Below the pieces are notes generated by a model, which ran no database searches, was not told where the DNA came from, and was given only the letters and a program-made list of their open reading frames with translations. Of a stretch of 64,000 bases of DNA, positions 32,994 to 42,683 are shown piece after piece. This DNA comes from a virus, in UHGV virus genome UHGV-2111131; one strand, 5' to 3'. Within the stretch, counting starts at the first letter, position 1, and each line of letters opens with the position of its first letter. Position numbers and translations under genes: made by a program.

Positions 32994-33446
32994 ATGTTAC
33001 TTAACTGGCAGGGACGCCACTTCATGGAAATAAAACACTCACGAATAACATCGTACGAGATTGCGGATTACATGATCCGCACTAAATCTCTTCTATCAGC
33101 GAAAGAACTCGCAGCAATTCTTGAAAAGGAATACCCGCATCTGGATGTCGATAAGCGCGATGTTTATCTGCGCTTAAAGGCTATCGCTGTGTCTAAGTAT
33201 TCGTCTGTTTTGATTGATGACAGTACACGCCCACGTAGATTTCAGATCCACTCTCTGAATCCTGAATTCTTTCGCCGTAGCCGCGCTCCGCGCCGGTTTG
33301 ATGAAAAACTCCAGAACGAACTCTATATGACGCAGGACGAAAAGGAACGCCGGGAGCACCAGCCTTGGGTAATGGCGCGTCAACTTTTCAATAAGGTGGC
33401 CCGTCAGCACCGTCATTACGGTAATGCCACATCCGCACGTATCTGA
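32994..33446 (+). CDS. lpa: Late promoter activator-like protein, 150 aa
   Basis: Size and position upstream of pacA match P1 Lpa as recalled; operator immediately upstream. Confidence 0.6.
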   Translation: MLLNWQGRHFMEIKHSRITSYEIADYMIRTKSLLSAKELAAILEKEYPHLDVDKRDVYLRLKAIAVSKYSSVLIDDSTRPRRFQIHSLNPEFFRRSRAPRRFDEKLQNELYMTQDEKERREHQPWVMARQLFNKVARQHRHYGNATSARI

Positions 33447-33531
33447 TTGATTGCTTGCCCGTTCCGGGCCTTTTGACATGTGACTTTCGTTACCCTCGCG
33501 TCAAAAAGAGTTTTTACGAAAGGAAGCATAA

Positions 33532-34725
33532 GTGACCTGGGACGATCACAAAAAGAATTTTGCTCGCCTGGCGCGAGATGGTGGTTACACCATCGCACAG
33601 TATGCCGCCGAGTTTAATCTTAACCCTAATACCGCACGTCGTTATCTCCGTGCCTTCAAAGAAGACACCAGGACTGCGGACAGCCGCAAGCCAAATAAGC
33701 CAGTCAGGAAGCCACTAAAAAGCATGATCATTGATCACTCTAATGATCAACATGCAGGTGATCATATTGCGGCTGAAATAGCGGAAAAACAGAGAGTTAA
33801 TGCCGTTGTCAGTGCCGCAGTCGAGAATGCGAAGCGCCAAAATAAGCGCATAAATGATCGTTCAGATGATCATGACGTGATCACCCGCGCCCACCGGACC
33901 TTACGTGATCGCCTGGAACGCGACACCCTGGATGATGATGGTGAACGCTTTGAATTCGAAGCTGGCGATTACCTGATAGATAACGTTGAAGCGCGGAAGG
34001 CCGCGCGCGCTATGTTGCGTCGGTCCGGGGCCGATGTTCTGGAAACCACTCTTCTTGAAAAGTCTCTTTCTCATCTCCTTATGCTGGAGAACGCCAGGGA
34101 TACGTGTATTCGCCTGGTGCAGGAAATGCGCGATCAGCAAAAGGACGATGATGAAGGTACTCCGCCTGAATACCGTATCGCGAGCATGCTAAACAGCTGT
34201 TCCGCGCAGATAAGCAGCCTGATCAACACCATTTACAGCATCCGGAATAACTATCGAAAAGAAAGCCGGGAGGCGGAAAAGCACGCTTTGTCTATGGGGC
34301 AAGCTGGCATTGTTAAGCTGGCATACGAACGAAAGCGTGAAAATAACTGGTCAGTGCTGGAAGCAGCTGAATTCATCGAGGCGCATGGCGGGAAAGTGCC
34401 GCCCCTGATGCTGGAGCAAATCAAAGCCGATCTGCGTGCTCCGAAGACCAATACCGATGATGAGGAAAGGCAAACAGCCGTCGGTGGCCCTTCTCTTGAA
34501 GATCTGGACAAAGTTGCGCGAGAACGGGCCGCCAACCGCCGCGCCGATGCCGCATTGTGGATTGAGCAGCGTAGGGAAGAAATCGCCGATATCGTTGATA
34601 CAGGCGGTTATGGAGATGTTGATACTGAAGGTGTATCAAACGACCCATGGCTGGAACAAGACCTGGACGAAGACGAGGAGGAAGACGAAGAAGTTACCCG
34701 CAAGCTATACGGGGATGATGATTAA
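33532..34725 (+). CDS. pacA: Terminase small (pac-recognition) subunit, 397 aa, GTG start
   Basis: Contains the pac site; acidic C-terminus; coupled to pacB. Confidence 0.75.
   Translation: MTWDDHKKNFARLARDGGYTIAQYAAEFNLNPNTARRYLRAFKEDTRTADSRKPNKPVRKPLKSMIIDHSNDQHAGDHIAAEIAEKQRVNAVVSAAVENAKRQNKRINDRSDDHDVITRAHRTLRDRLERDTLDDDGERFEFEAGDYLIDNVEARKAARAMLRRSGADVLETTLLEKSLSHLLMLENARDTCIRLVQEMRDQQKDDDEGTPPEYRIASMLNSCSAQISSLINTIYSIRNNYRKESREAEKHALSMGQAGIVKLAYERKRENNWSVLEAAEFIEAHGGKVPPLMLEQIKADLRAPKTNTDDEERQTAVGGPSLEDLDKVARERAANRRADAALWIEQRREEIADIVDTGGYGDVDTEGVSNDPWLEQDLDEDEEEDEEVTRKLYGDDD
33725..33883 (+). other. pac packaging site: four TGATCA hexamers (33725, 33732, 33744, 33759) and three TGATC(A/G) hexamers (33855, 33867, 33878)
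   Basis: 4+3 hexamer arrangement, each containing a GATC Dam site, inside the 5' part of pacA, as described for P1 pac. Confidence 0.8.
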
Positions 34726-36211
34726 TGGCCAGAAGTTGCGTAACGGATCCACGTTGGCGCGAGCTGGTGGCGCTATATCGTTATGACTGGATTGCTGCCG
34801 CTGATGTTTTGTTCGGCAAAACACCTACCTGGCAGCAGGATCTGATTATTGAGTCTGTGCAGGAACAGGGTAGCAAGACATCTGTTTCGTCTGGTCACGG
34901 TACCGGGAAATCAGACATGACTTCTATCATGATCATGTTGTTCATAATCATGTATCCCGGTGCCCGCGCCATTATCGTTGCGAACAAAATTCAGCAGGTA
35001 ATGACCGGTATATTCAAGTACATCAAGATAAACTGGGCTACTGCCACCAGCCGTTTCCCATGGCTTGCTGATTATTTTGTTCTGACAGAAACCGCTTTCT
35101 ATGAGGTTACTGGTAAAGGTGTATGGACTGTAGTACCGAAGGGCTTTCGTCTGGGAAGTGAAGAAGCTCTCGCCGGTGAACACGCAGATCATCTTCTGTA
35201 TATTATCGATGAAGCCTCCGGTGTCAGTGATAGAGCTTTCGGTATCATCACCGGTGCTCTTACCGGACAGGATAACCGCATCTTATTACTGTCACAGCCT
35301 ACACGCCCAAGCGGCTATTTCTACGATACACACCATAAACTGGCCAAGCGTCCTGGTAACCCTGATGGCGTTTATACGGCGATCACGCTTAACAGTGAGG
35401 AATCACCGCTGGTAACGCCAGCATTTATCAAAATGAAGCTGGCGGAGTACGGCGGGCGNNNNNNNNNNCTATGTACATGATTAAGGTACGCGGCCTATTC
35501 CCTAAATCACAGGATGGCTTCCTTCTTGGACGTGATGAGGTTGAACGTGCAACGCGGCGGAAAGTCAAGATTGCCAAAGGATGGGGCTGGCTTGCATGTG
35601 TGGACGTTGCTGGTGGTACGGGACGGGATAAGTCCGTTATCAATATCATGATGGTGTCCGGCCAGCGAAATAAACGCCGTGTAATCAACTATCGAATGCT
35701 GGAATACACAGACGTTACAGAAACGCAGCTTGCCGCCAAAATTTTCGCAGAATGCAATCCTGAGCGATTCCCAAATATCACCATAGCGATAGACGGCGAT
35801 GGCTTGGGTAAAGCAACGGCGGATCTGATGTACGAGTATTATGGTATTACCGTACAGCGTATACGCTGGGGTAAAAAGATGCATAGCCGTGAAGATAAGA
35901 GCCTGTACTTTGATAAACGTGCTTATGCCAACGTTCAAGCCGCAGAGGCCGTAAAATCTGGTCGTATGAGACTGGATAAGGGTAATGAAACTATTGAGGA
36001 AGCGTCGAAAATCCCTGTAGGGATTAACTCCGCAGGTCAATGGAAGGTGATGAGTAAGGAGGATATGAAGAAAAAACTCAACCTGCACTCACCAGACCAT
36101 TGGGATACATATTGTTTCGCTATGCTGGCGGATTATGTTCCCCAGGATGAAGTGCTTAGCGTCGAAGACGAAGCGCAGGTTGATGAAGCTCTGGCATGGC
36201 TTAATGAATAA
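34725..36211 (+). CDS. pacB: Terminase large subunit, interrupted by a 10-N assembly gap (frame not preserved across the gap)
   Basis: Two ORF halves (34725..35480 and 35471..36211) on either side of the N-run. Confidence 0.65.
35459..35468. other. Assembly gap (run of 10 N)
   Basis: Literal n characters in the sequence. Confidence 1.
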
Positions 36212-36235
36212 CTCATTGACCATGCCGGATAGAAA

Positions 36236-37087
36236 CTATTGCGCGCTTTCGGGGTTGTCGTTTACTGGCTGCCCCTTCTTAGTTTTACGGCTGCGCGTAA
36301 CTGATGCGGCTGATTTGACCTTTTTCTCTTCGCGAGTGATGGCAATTTGTTTTTTTACATTTTCAATATCTGCCAGGCGATATATTTTTGCCTGCGGCCA
36401 GCGGTCGCAGATGATCGGTTCTATAGAGTCATAAAGGCTAAATTTTGCTTTTTCGAATTCACCGTTGATGATAATTCCATCACGGAGAGTTTCATCGCAG
36501 ATAAACACGCCACACAGTGGCACATGGTAACTAACTGATTTACCATCATTGTAGTTAGGGCTACTGGAAATGTAGTGGACGCGCAGCATTGTTTCGCTAA
36601 AGCCGTGTACACGCATACGGAATTTTTCATCCTCCGGGTACTGCTTCATTAGCTCTTTTGTTGCTTCCAGGTTCTCTATGTATTTCGCACTGTGCTCATT
36701 GATCCCCGCGCTTTTCTGGATGCGAATGTCCTTATCAATCAGATGAATAATGCGGCCAGCGGTCATGTTGACGCTGTTCACAGCTTCTGTCTGATAAGTT
36801 GTAACCTTACGCACACCGCGAAGGATGTTAGGCACTGGATATAAAATAGTCTTTGGGATATTGAGGTCTGGGTACTGTTCCAGTTCCCGCGCCATTAAAG
36901 TCCATTTATCAATTTCAGCCTGAATGCTGTCCGTTTCTTTGAACGGCAGAACGACAACCGGGCGAACAGGACGACCGTCGCTGGCGGCATCAACGTGTTG
37001 GGCGCGTGCAACAGCTTTTTTTAGAAAGAGATCCCTGAAGCTGACGAACTCCTGGTACAGTTGTTCGCCGTAGACATAATTTATCAT
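36236..37087 (-). CDS. c1: C1 repressor of lysogeny, 283 aa
   Basis: Sequence matches P1 C1 as recalled; GGAGGAGG RBS; operators nearby. Confidence 0.9.
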   Translation of the reverse strand: MINYVYGEQLYQEFVSFRDLFLKKAVARAQHVDAASDGRPVRPVVVLPFKETDSIQAEIDKWTLMARELEQYPDLNIPKTILYPVPNILRGVRKVTTYQTEAVNSVNMTAGRIIHLIDKDIRIQKSAGINEHSAKYIENLEATKELMKQYPEDEKFRMRVHGFSETMLRVHYISSSPNYNDGKSVSYHVPLCGVFICDETLRDGIIINGEFEKAKFSLYDSIEPIICDRWPQAKIYRLADIENVKKQIAITREEKKVKSAASVTRSRKTKKGQPVNDNPESAQ

Positions 37088-37181
37088 TGATCCTCCTCCA
37101 GAATTGACATGGCCAACAACTCACAGCGGATTACACTGGGAGTTGTTGGCCACCATTATAGAAGGATCCAACGAAAATAAT

Positions 37182-37198
37182 AGATTTATTAGTGCATT
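37182..37198 (-). promoter_or_regulatory. Variant operator-like site (reverse complement AATGCACTAATAAATCT)
   Basis: 14/17 match to operator consensus, between coi and c1. Confidence 0.4.
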
Positions 37199-37407
37199 TA
37201 TTGTGAGTCTGGCTGGTTAGTGGCCATGAGATATTCGATTGTGTCAGTGAGATCATCCAGGTCGTCTTGGGTGATGCGGTACTCCTGATTGGATATCTTT
37301 GAGTAGTGTTCAGCAATGGCGCGGGCAGCGTCGGTTTCGGCGGGGTCTACAGATAAAGCGTTAGAGCAATGTCTAACGTCGTCGATGGTTGGTGGAATGA
37401 AAGCCAT
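37198..37407 (-). CDS. coi: C1 inactivator, 69 aa
   Basis: Size and position upstream of c1 on the same strand. Confidence 0.75.
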   Translation of the reverse strand: MAFIPPTIDDVRHCSNALSVDPAETDAARAIAEHYSKISNQEYRITQDDLDDLTDTIEYLMATNQPDSQ

Positions 37408-37645
37408 AATTATGCCTCACTGTATTGACAACACAGAGCCTGAAGCTCTGACCTACTGTTTCACCCATGATCCATGCTGGGGTAATCTAACAACATTGCG
37501 CTGTGTGTAAGATGAGCAATGCATAGCTGTAATGCCGTTGTATAAGGTTTCCCTGTTTGCTCATTTCCTTCTGAGCCGCTCTACAACGCTGAAGACACAT
37601 TAAATAGTGAATCCAAAGTCGTATTACGAAACGGCGGCAAAACTA

Positions 37646-37662
37646 TAATTTATTAGAGCAAT
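37646..37662 (-). promoter_or_regulatory. C1 operator (reverse complement ATTGCTCTAATAAATTA)
   Basis: 16/17 consensus match in the c1-coi promoter region. Confidence 0.65.
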
Positions 37663-37728
37663 TGTCAAACAACTATGAAAAACAATCCAGTTTTTGGCTG
37701 GTGGAGTGGGATTTTTCTCTCAAAATTT

Positions 37729-37745
37729 ATTGCTCTAATAATTCT
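37729..37745 (+). promoter_or_regulatory. C1 operator-like site ATTGCTCTAATAATTCT
   Basis: Operator core; divergent with 37646..37662. Confidence 0.6.
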
Positions 37746-37788
37746 TGATTTTTATGCGCAGCTGGACGTAAACTCCTCTTCGGACCTA

Positions 37789-37822
37789 ATAACTTCGTAT
37801 AGCATACATTATACGAAGTTAT
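37789..37822 (+). other. loxP site ATAACTTCGTATA-GCATACAT-TATACGAAGTTAT
   Basis: Exact 34-bp loxP (13-bp inverted repeats around the 8-bp asymmetric spacer). Confidence 0.98.
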
Positions 37823-38011
37823 CTTAAGGGTTATTGAACATGATCAATTTACCTGTAAATCCATACAGTTCAATACCTTACCAGGTCAAATAGTGATCAC
37901 TTGATCATTTGATCAAGGTTGCGCTACGTAAAATCTGCGAAATGTTGGCAGTGTTAGTGCTCCAGATTTCGCGTAGCGCACTTAGCACCACCAATCAATC
38001 AGAGGTGAAAA

Positions 38012-38233
38012 ATGGGATATTCAGCTGCTAAAGTGTCCACTCATCTTGAGCTTGAGAAAAACCGTGGTTACTGGCGGGCAAAAGGGTTTGATCGTGATAG
38101 TTGCCAACTGTCATTATCGCGCGGTGAAGAGAAAATAGAACGCACGCGCGGTCGCTGGCGTTTCTATGACGAGAACCATAAACAGGTAAAGGCAGAGCCA
38201 ATCCTGTACACTTTACTTAAAACTATTATCTGA
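38012..38233 (+). CDS. Small basic protein, 73 aa, between loxP and cre
   Basis: ATG preceded by AGAGGTGA RBS; function unknown. Confidence 0.4.
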   Translation: MGYSAAKVSTHLELEKNRGYWRAKGFDRDSCQLSLSRGEEKIERTRGRWRFYDENHKQVKAEPILYTLLKTII

Positions 38234-38240
38234 GTGTTAA

Positions 38241-39272
38241 ATGTCCAATTTACTGACCGTACACCAAAATTTGCCTGCATTACCGGTCGATGCAACGAGT
38301 GATGAGGTTCGCAAGAACCTGATGGACATGTTCAGGGATCGCCAGGCGTTTTCTGAGCATACCTGGAAAATGCTTCTGTCCGTTTGCCGGTCGTGGGCGG
38401 CATGGTGCAAGTTGAATAACCGGAAGTGGTTTCCCGCAGAACCTGAAGATGTTCGCGATTATCTTCTATATCTTCAGGCGCGCGGTCTGGCAGTAAAAAC
38501 TATCCAGCAACATTTGGGCCAGCTAAACATGCTTCATCGTCGGTCCGGGCTGCCACGACCAAGTGACAGCAATGCTGTTTCACTGGTCATGCGGCGGATT
38601 CGAAAAGAAAACGTTGATGCCGGTGAACGTGCAAAACAGGCATTGGCGTTCGAACGCACTGATTTCGACCAGGTTCGTTCACTCATGGAAAATAGCGATC
38701 GCTGCCAGGATATACGTAATCTGGCATTTCTGGGGATCGCTTATAACACCCTGTTACGTATAGCCGAAATTGCCAGGATCAGGGTTAAAGATATCTCACG
38801 TACAGACGGTGGGAGAATGTTAATCCATATTGGCAGAACGAAAACGCTGGTTAGTACCGCGGGTGTAGAGAAGGCACTTAGCCTGGGGATAACTAAACTG
38901 GTCGAACGATGGATTTCTGTCTCTGGTGTGGCTGATGATCCGAATAACTACTTGTTTTGCCGGGTCAGAAAAAATGGTGTTGCCTCGCCATCACCCACCA
39001 GCCAGCTATCAACTCGCGCCCTGGAAGGGATTTTTGAAGCAACTCACCGATTGATTTACGGGGCTAAGGATGACTCTGGCCAGAGGTACCTGGCCTGGTC
39101 TGGACACAGTGCCCGTGTCGGAGCCGCGCGAGATATGGCCCGTGCCGGAGTTTCAATACCGGAGATCATGCAAGCTGGTGGCTGGACCAACGTAAATATT
39201 GTCATGAACTATATCCGTAACCTGGATAGTGAAACAGGGGCAATGGTGCGCCTGCTGGAAGATGGCGATTAG
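38241..39272 (+). CDS. cre: Cre tyrosine recombinase, 343 aa
   Basis: Near-identical to P1 Cre as recalled over the full length (a few substitutions). Confidence 0.98.
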   Translation: MSNLLTVHQNLPALPVDATSDEVRKNLMDMFRDRQAFSEHTWKMLLSVCRSWAAWCKLNNRKWFPAEPEDVRDYLLYLQARGLAVKTIQQHLGQLNMLHRRSGLPRPSDSNAVSLVMRRIRKENVDAGERAKQALAFERTDFDQVRSLMENSDRCQDIRNLAFLGIAYNTLLRIAEIARIRVKDISRTDGGRMLIHIGRTKTLVSTAGVEKALSLGITKLVERWISVSGVADDPNNYLFCRVRKNGVASPSPTSQLSTRALEGIFEATHRLIYGAKDDSGQRYLAWSGHSARVGAARDMARAGVSIPEIMQAGGWTNVNIVMNYIRNLDSETGAMVRLLEDGD

Positions 39273-39289
39273 CCATTAACGCGTAAATG

Positions 39290-39306
39290 ATTGCTCTAAT
39301 TCTTTG
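39290..39306 (+). promoter_or_regulatory. C1 operator-like site ATTGCTCTAATTCTTTG
   Basis: Operator core upstream of the cra-like ORF. Confidence 0.5.
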
Positions 39307-39322
39307 ATATTTATGGTGACAT

Positions 39323-39634
39323 ATGAGAAAGGATTTCAACATCGACGGAAAATATGTAGTGCTGTCTGTAAGCACTAATATTCAGTCGCCAGCCGTCATT
39401 GTCACTGTAAAGCTGAGCGATAGAATGCCTGATATTGATTCAATATCCGTTGCGTTCCCTGTCAAAAGTATGCGTGGTGCTGAACATTTCGTGATGAATG
39501 CCACCGAGGAAGAAGCACGGCGCGGTTTTGCTAAAGTGATGTCTGAGTTTGGCGAATTTTTGGGGCACGTTGACAAAGCCCTCTCAATCAGTTCAGCAAG
39601 GTCCAAAGCGTTAACAACTTCCATGATGAAATAA
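39323..39634 (+). CDS. cra: Hypothetical protein, 103 aa
   Basis: Position after cre; name by P1 synteny as recalled. Confidence 0.5.
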   Translation: MRKDFNIDGKYVVLSVSTNIQSPAVIVTVKLSDRMPDIDSISVAFPVKSMRGAEHFVMNATEEEARRGFAKVMSEFGEFLGHVDKALSISSARSKALTTSMMK

Positions 39635-39766
39635 AAAAAAGCCTGGCAAGGAGCCAGGCTGCACAAAAGAGCGGGTTTGTATTCCGCATCCAATCAATCA
39701 AGAAGGAGTATAGCACACGGGTACTGAAGTGAAAAAATGTGATTCGCGATAAATAAAATATCTACC

Positions 39767-39783
39767 ATTGCTCTAATTGATTG
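39767..39783 (+). promoter_or_regulatory. C1 operator-like site ATTGCTCTAATTGATTG followed by TGCTATAAT (-10-like)
   Basis: Operator core overlapping a promoter-like element upstream of ref. Confidence 0.5.
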
Positions 39784-39850
39784 CTATAATTGAGCCGCAG
39801 TTTTTGTCAACTACGAAGACGTTGCCATTACTTCACTCCTTGACATCATT

Positions 39851-39877
39851 GGCGGCCATTAGGCCGCCTTTTTTTTG
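39851..39877 (+). terminator. Hairpin GGCGGCC-ATTA-GGCCGCC followed by T8
   Basis: Perfect 7-bp GC stem plus T-run just before the ref start (terminator/attenuator). Confidence 0.6.
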
Positions 39878-39881
39878 CCAT

Positions 39882-40442
39882 ATGAAAACAATCGAACAAA
39901 AACTTGAACAGCGCCGCGAGTGGCAGAAGGCAGCCAGAGAACGAGCGATCGCTCGGCAACGGGAAAAGTTGGCTGACCCCGCCTGGCGAGAATCGCAATA
40001 TCAGAAAATGCGGGATTCTATCGACCGCCGTATCGCTAAACAGAAAGAGTGCCCACCAGCCAGCAAAACGCGGAAAAGTGCGGTAAAAATAAAATCTCGT
40101 GGCTTGAAGGGACGAACACCGACGGCAGAGGAACGGCACATAGCCAATGCTCTTGGCGCTCTCCCCTGCATTGCGTGCTATATGCATGGAGTAATATCTG
40201 AAGAGGTGTCTCTGCACCATATTTCCGGTCGTACCGCGCCTGGTTGTCACAAAAAGCAATTGCCACTTTGTAGATGGCACCACCAGCATGCAGCACCGGC
40301 TGAAGTAAGAGCAAAATACCCCTGGCTGGTCCCTGTTCATGCCGATGGTGTGGTTGGAGGCAAGAAAGAATTCACCCTGCTGAACAAGTCAGAGATGGAG
40401 TTACTGGCTGACGCCTATGAGATGGCAAACATCATGCACTAA
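39882..40442 (+). CDS. ref: HNH-family endonuclease (recombination enhancement function), 186 aa
   Basis: HNH-like Cys/His region (CIACYMHG...HHISG...CRWHH); size and position match P1 Ref. Confidence 0.8.
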   Translation: MKTIEQKLEQRREWQKAARERAIARQREKLADPAWRESQYQKMRDSIDRRIAKQKECPPASKTRKSAVKIKSRGLKGRTPTAEERHIANALGALPCIACYMHGVISEEVSLHHISGRTAPGCHKKQLPLCRWHHQHAAPAEVRAKYPWLVPVHADGVVGGKKEFTLLNKSEMELLADAYEMANIMH

Positions 40443-40631
40443 TAAATATATTATTTTTAATGATAAATGATTGACAACTGACAAGTGACTTCAGTCAGAA
40501 TCATCACATGCCCGGTACGGATGGATCCCTTTTCAAATATTCCATGGACGGCACAGTCTGAGTACCGGGCGCTACCTTCAGTTGTATTGCTAAGCCGCCG
40601 CTGGTGGCTTTTCTTTTTTGTAGGGGGCGCT

Positions 40632-41273
40632 ATGGATAAGAAAATATGCGTTGTTTCGATGAGCGTCGGCAAACCGGCGTCAATGACTGCTGCATGGATC
40701 AATAACGAGCTGATAATGGCTGAGCGGACCAGCTACCCTGAACGCCGCCGCGATATGGAACTCCAGCTGCTGCGCGAATTGCGAGAAAAAGAGGAAAAGG
40801 GTTTTATCGTGCTGGTGGAAGAGGAAAACAGCTTTATTACTGGTCGAGTTGGCCAGCGTGTAAGGTTGCGCGATCCCTTCATGAACGGCAGGCCGGTACT
40901 AATTGAGGCAATGCAGATTTATAAGGAGCTGGAACGCCAGAAAGCAATCAAGTTACCGCGCAAGGAATCCGGCAAATACATCCTCCACCAAAGCATCTTC
41001 GATTCCGAACACGATAAAAAAGGCGATGAATTTTTCAACATCAACTGGAGCGAAATAACGACAGAGCATGTTCTGACGTTACTATGTTGCTTTGCGACGG
41101 AATACAACAACGTTGCCAGCGCCGACTACATCAGGGCAATGGCAGGAGAAGTTGATGCCCGCCAGGAATCATCGTTACTAAGCCCTCTGATTAACATAAT
41201 TCGCGGAACCCAAACACTGGCACAAAAACGGGTGCCTAAAGGGGAGTTAACTGGAAAAGGAAATTATCTATAA
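40632..41273 (+). CDS. mat: Hypothetical protein, 213 aa
   Basis: Position after ref; name by synteny as recalled. Confidence 0.5.
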   Translation: MDKKICVVSMSVGKPASMTAAWINNELIMAERTSYPERRRDMELQLLRELREKEEKGFIVLVEEENSFITGRVGQRVRLRDPFMNGRPVLIEAMQIYKELERQKAIKLPRKESGKYILHQSIFDSEHDKKGDEFFNINWSEITTEHVLTLLCCFATEYNNVASADYIRAMAGEVDARQESSLLSPLINIIRGTQTLAQKRVPKGELTGKGNYL

Positions 41274-41329
41274 ACGTCAATGCATTAGGGTATACTTCTC
41301 CATAGAACTATAAGTAAATGGAGTAAGTA

Positions 41330-42637
41330 ATGAGCGAATATGTTGAGTTAGCATACGCTGCCGCTACAAGCAGGCTTTGTCTATTTACCGGGACTGGCTT
41401 TTCAAAGGCAGTCTCGAACGGTGAAGCTCCAACGTGGAAGGAACTATTAAAAAAAGTTTGCAGCAAAGTTCACAATGCCAAAAAGTTGGAAGACACGTTA
41501 TTCCCTGATGATAAACCACCAGCACTGAGTCTTGAAGAAGCCGCACAAATACTATCTTTGAAGCTCAATATTGAGGGTAAGTCGATTTATGATGAAATTG
41601 TTGACATCATATCTCCAATTCAACTTGGAGAAGACATATCAAATATAAAAGATTTTTTCCAAAAAAACTCATTCCGTGTCATTACAACAAATTATGACAA
41701 GTTGGCTGAATGCTTGGTTGGAGATGAAAGTGTGCAGTCTATCACGCCCGGTCTGCCAATTCCAAAGTATCCATCCAAGGTGAAAATATATCATGTTCAT
41801 GGTTCTATTGATTCGCCAAAAAATATGATTGTCACTTCAGATGATTACTTCAGATTTATAAATTCCGATACTTATTTTTCACGAAAACTTAGTACGATGC
41901 TGCATGAAAATACAGTTGCGATATTAGGGTATTCTTTAAGCGACACAAATCTTAAAGCAATTATAAATGACTATAAAAAATTTTCGAAAAATAATGCCCT
42001 GTGCTCTAATATCTTTTTGATATCTCGCAACAAAGTAAGTCAAGATATGAAGGATTATTACTTCTATTGCTTTGGTATAAGGGTAATTGACAATACAGAA
42101 ATAGATTGTTTCTTTAGTCGATTAAGTTATAAGATTTCTCTCATTAAAGACATCATTGAAAGAGCGCGCGAAAATATCAGAAAAGTTGTTTCGGGGGCTT
42201 ACACTTATAAAAATGAATATCTTAAATTAGAGGATTCATTTTATCAAATTATATCATCAATTATATCGGAAGGTTTAGATTGGAATGATGATAAAGTCGT
42301 TTCTCTTTTCGAAAGGATAATAGAAAAAAAGAGAAAGTTAACAAGGAATAACGGAGCGTGGGAGCAATATGAACAGTTGGCAAAATGGCTTATATATTTT
42401 GGAAGCATCATAGAGGTTAGCAATACTAAGTATGAAAAAACATATTTAGACGCAGTTGAATACTCGATGGGTCATATGAGTAAAGAAAGGAATTGGGGAG
42501 TTTCTTGGCATGCTTACAGAGCTTGGGAAACACGATGGCCTGCAATAATTGCCTCAAATAGATTAATGATAAAAAACCACATTGAAACATTAGGCACCTT
42601 GAAGGACGCCAACCTTATAGTTAAGAATATAGTGTAA
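41330..42637 (+). CDS. SIR2-like (SIR2_2/DSR-type) NAD-binding/NADase domain protein with uncharacterised helical C-terminal domain, 435 aa; candidate defense gene
   Basis: GTGFS (res 21-25) with P-W just after, TTNYD (119-123, N121 codon at 41690..41692) and YHVHGS (H157 codon at 41798..41800); GGAG RBS; strongly AT-rich relative to flanks. Confidence 0.75.
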   Translation: MSEYVELAYAAATSRLCLFTGTGFSKAVSNGEAPTWKELLKKVCSKVHNAKKLEDTLFPDDKPPALSLEEAAQILSLKLNIEGKSIYDEIVDIISPIQLGEDISNIKDFFQKNSFRVITTNYDKLAECLVGDESVQSITPGLPIPKYPSKVKIYHVHGSIDSPKNMIVTSDDYFRFINSDTYFSRKLSTMLHENTVAILGYSLSDTNLKAIINDYKKFSKNNALCSNIFLISRNKVSQDMKDYYFYCFGIRVIDNTEIDCFFSRLSYKISLIKDIIERARENIRKVVSGAYTYKNEYLKLEDSFYQIISSIISEGLDWNDDKVVSLFERIIEKKRKLTRNNGAWEQYEQLAKWLIYFGSIIEVSNTKYEKTYLDAVEYSMGHMSKERNWGVSWHAYRAWETRWPAIIASNRLMIKNHIETLGTLKDANLIVKNIV

Positions 42638-42654
42638 TTGTGGTCGATAAAAAT

Positions 42655-42682
42655 TTATCGGGCAGATAAAACTGCCCGATAA
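42655..42682 (-). terminator. Hairpin TTATCGGGCAG-ATAAAA-CTGCCCGATAA; T-rich run follows on the minus strand
   Basis: Perfect 11-bp inverted repeat between the convergent SIR2-like gene and lxc. Confidence 0.6.
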
Positions 42683-42683
42683 A

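Noticed and set aside
39635-39662. Hairpin GCCTGGC-AAGGA-GCCAGGC after the cra-like gene as a plus-strand terminator
   Set aside because: The A-run precedes rather than follows the stem on the plus strand, so it would terminate only antisense transcription; not annotated as a feature
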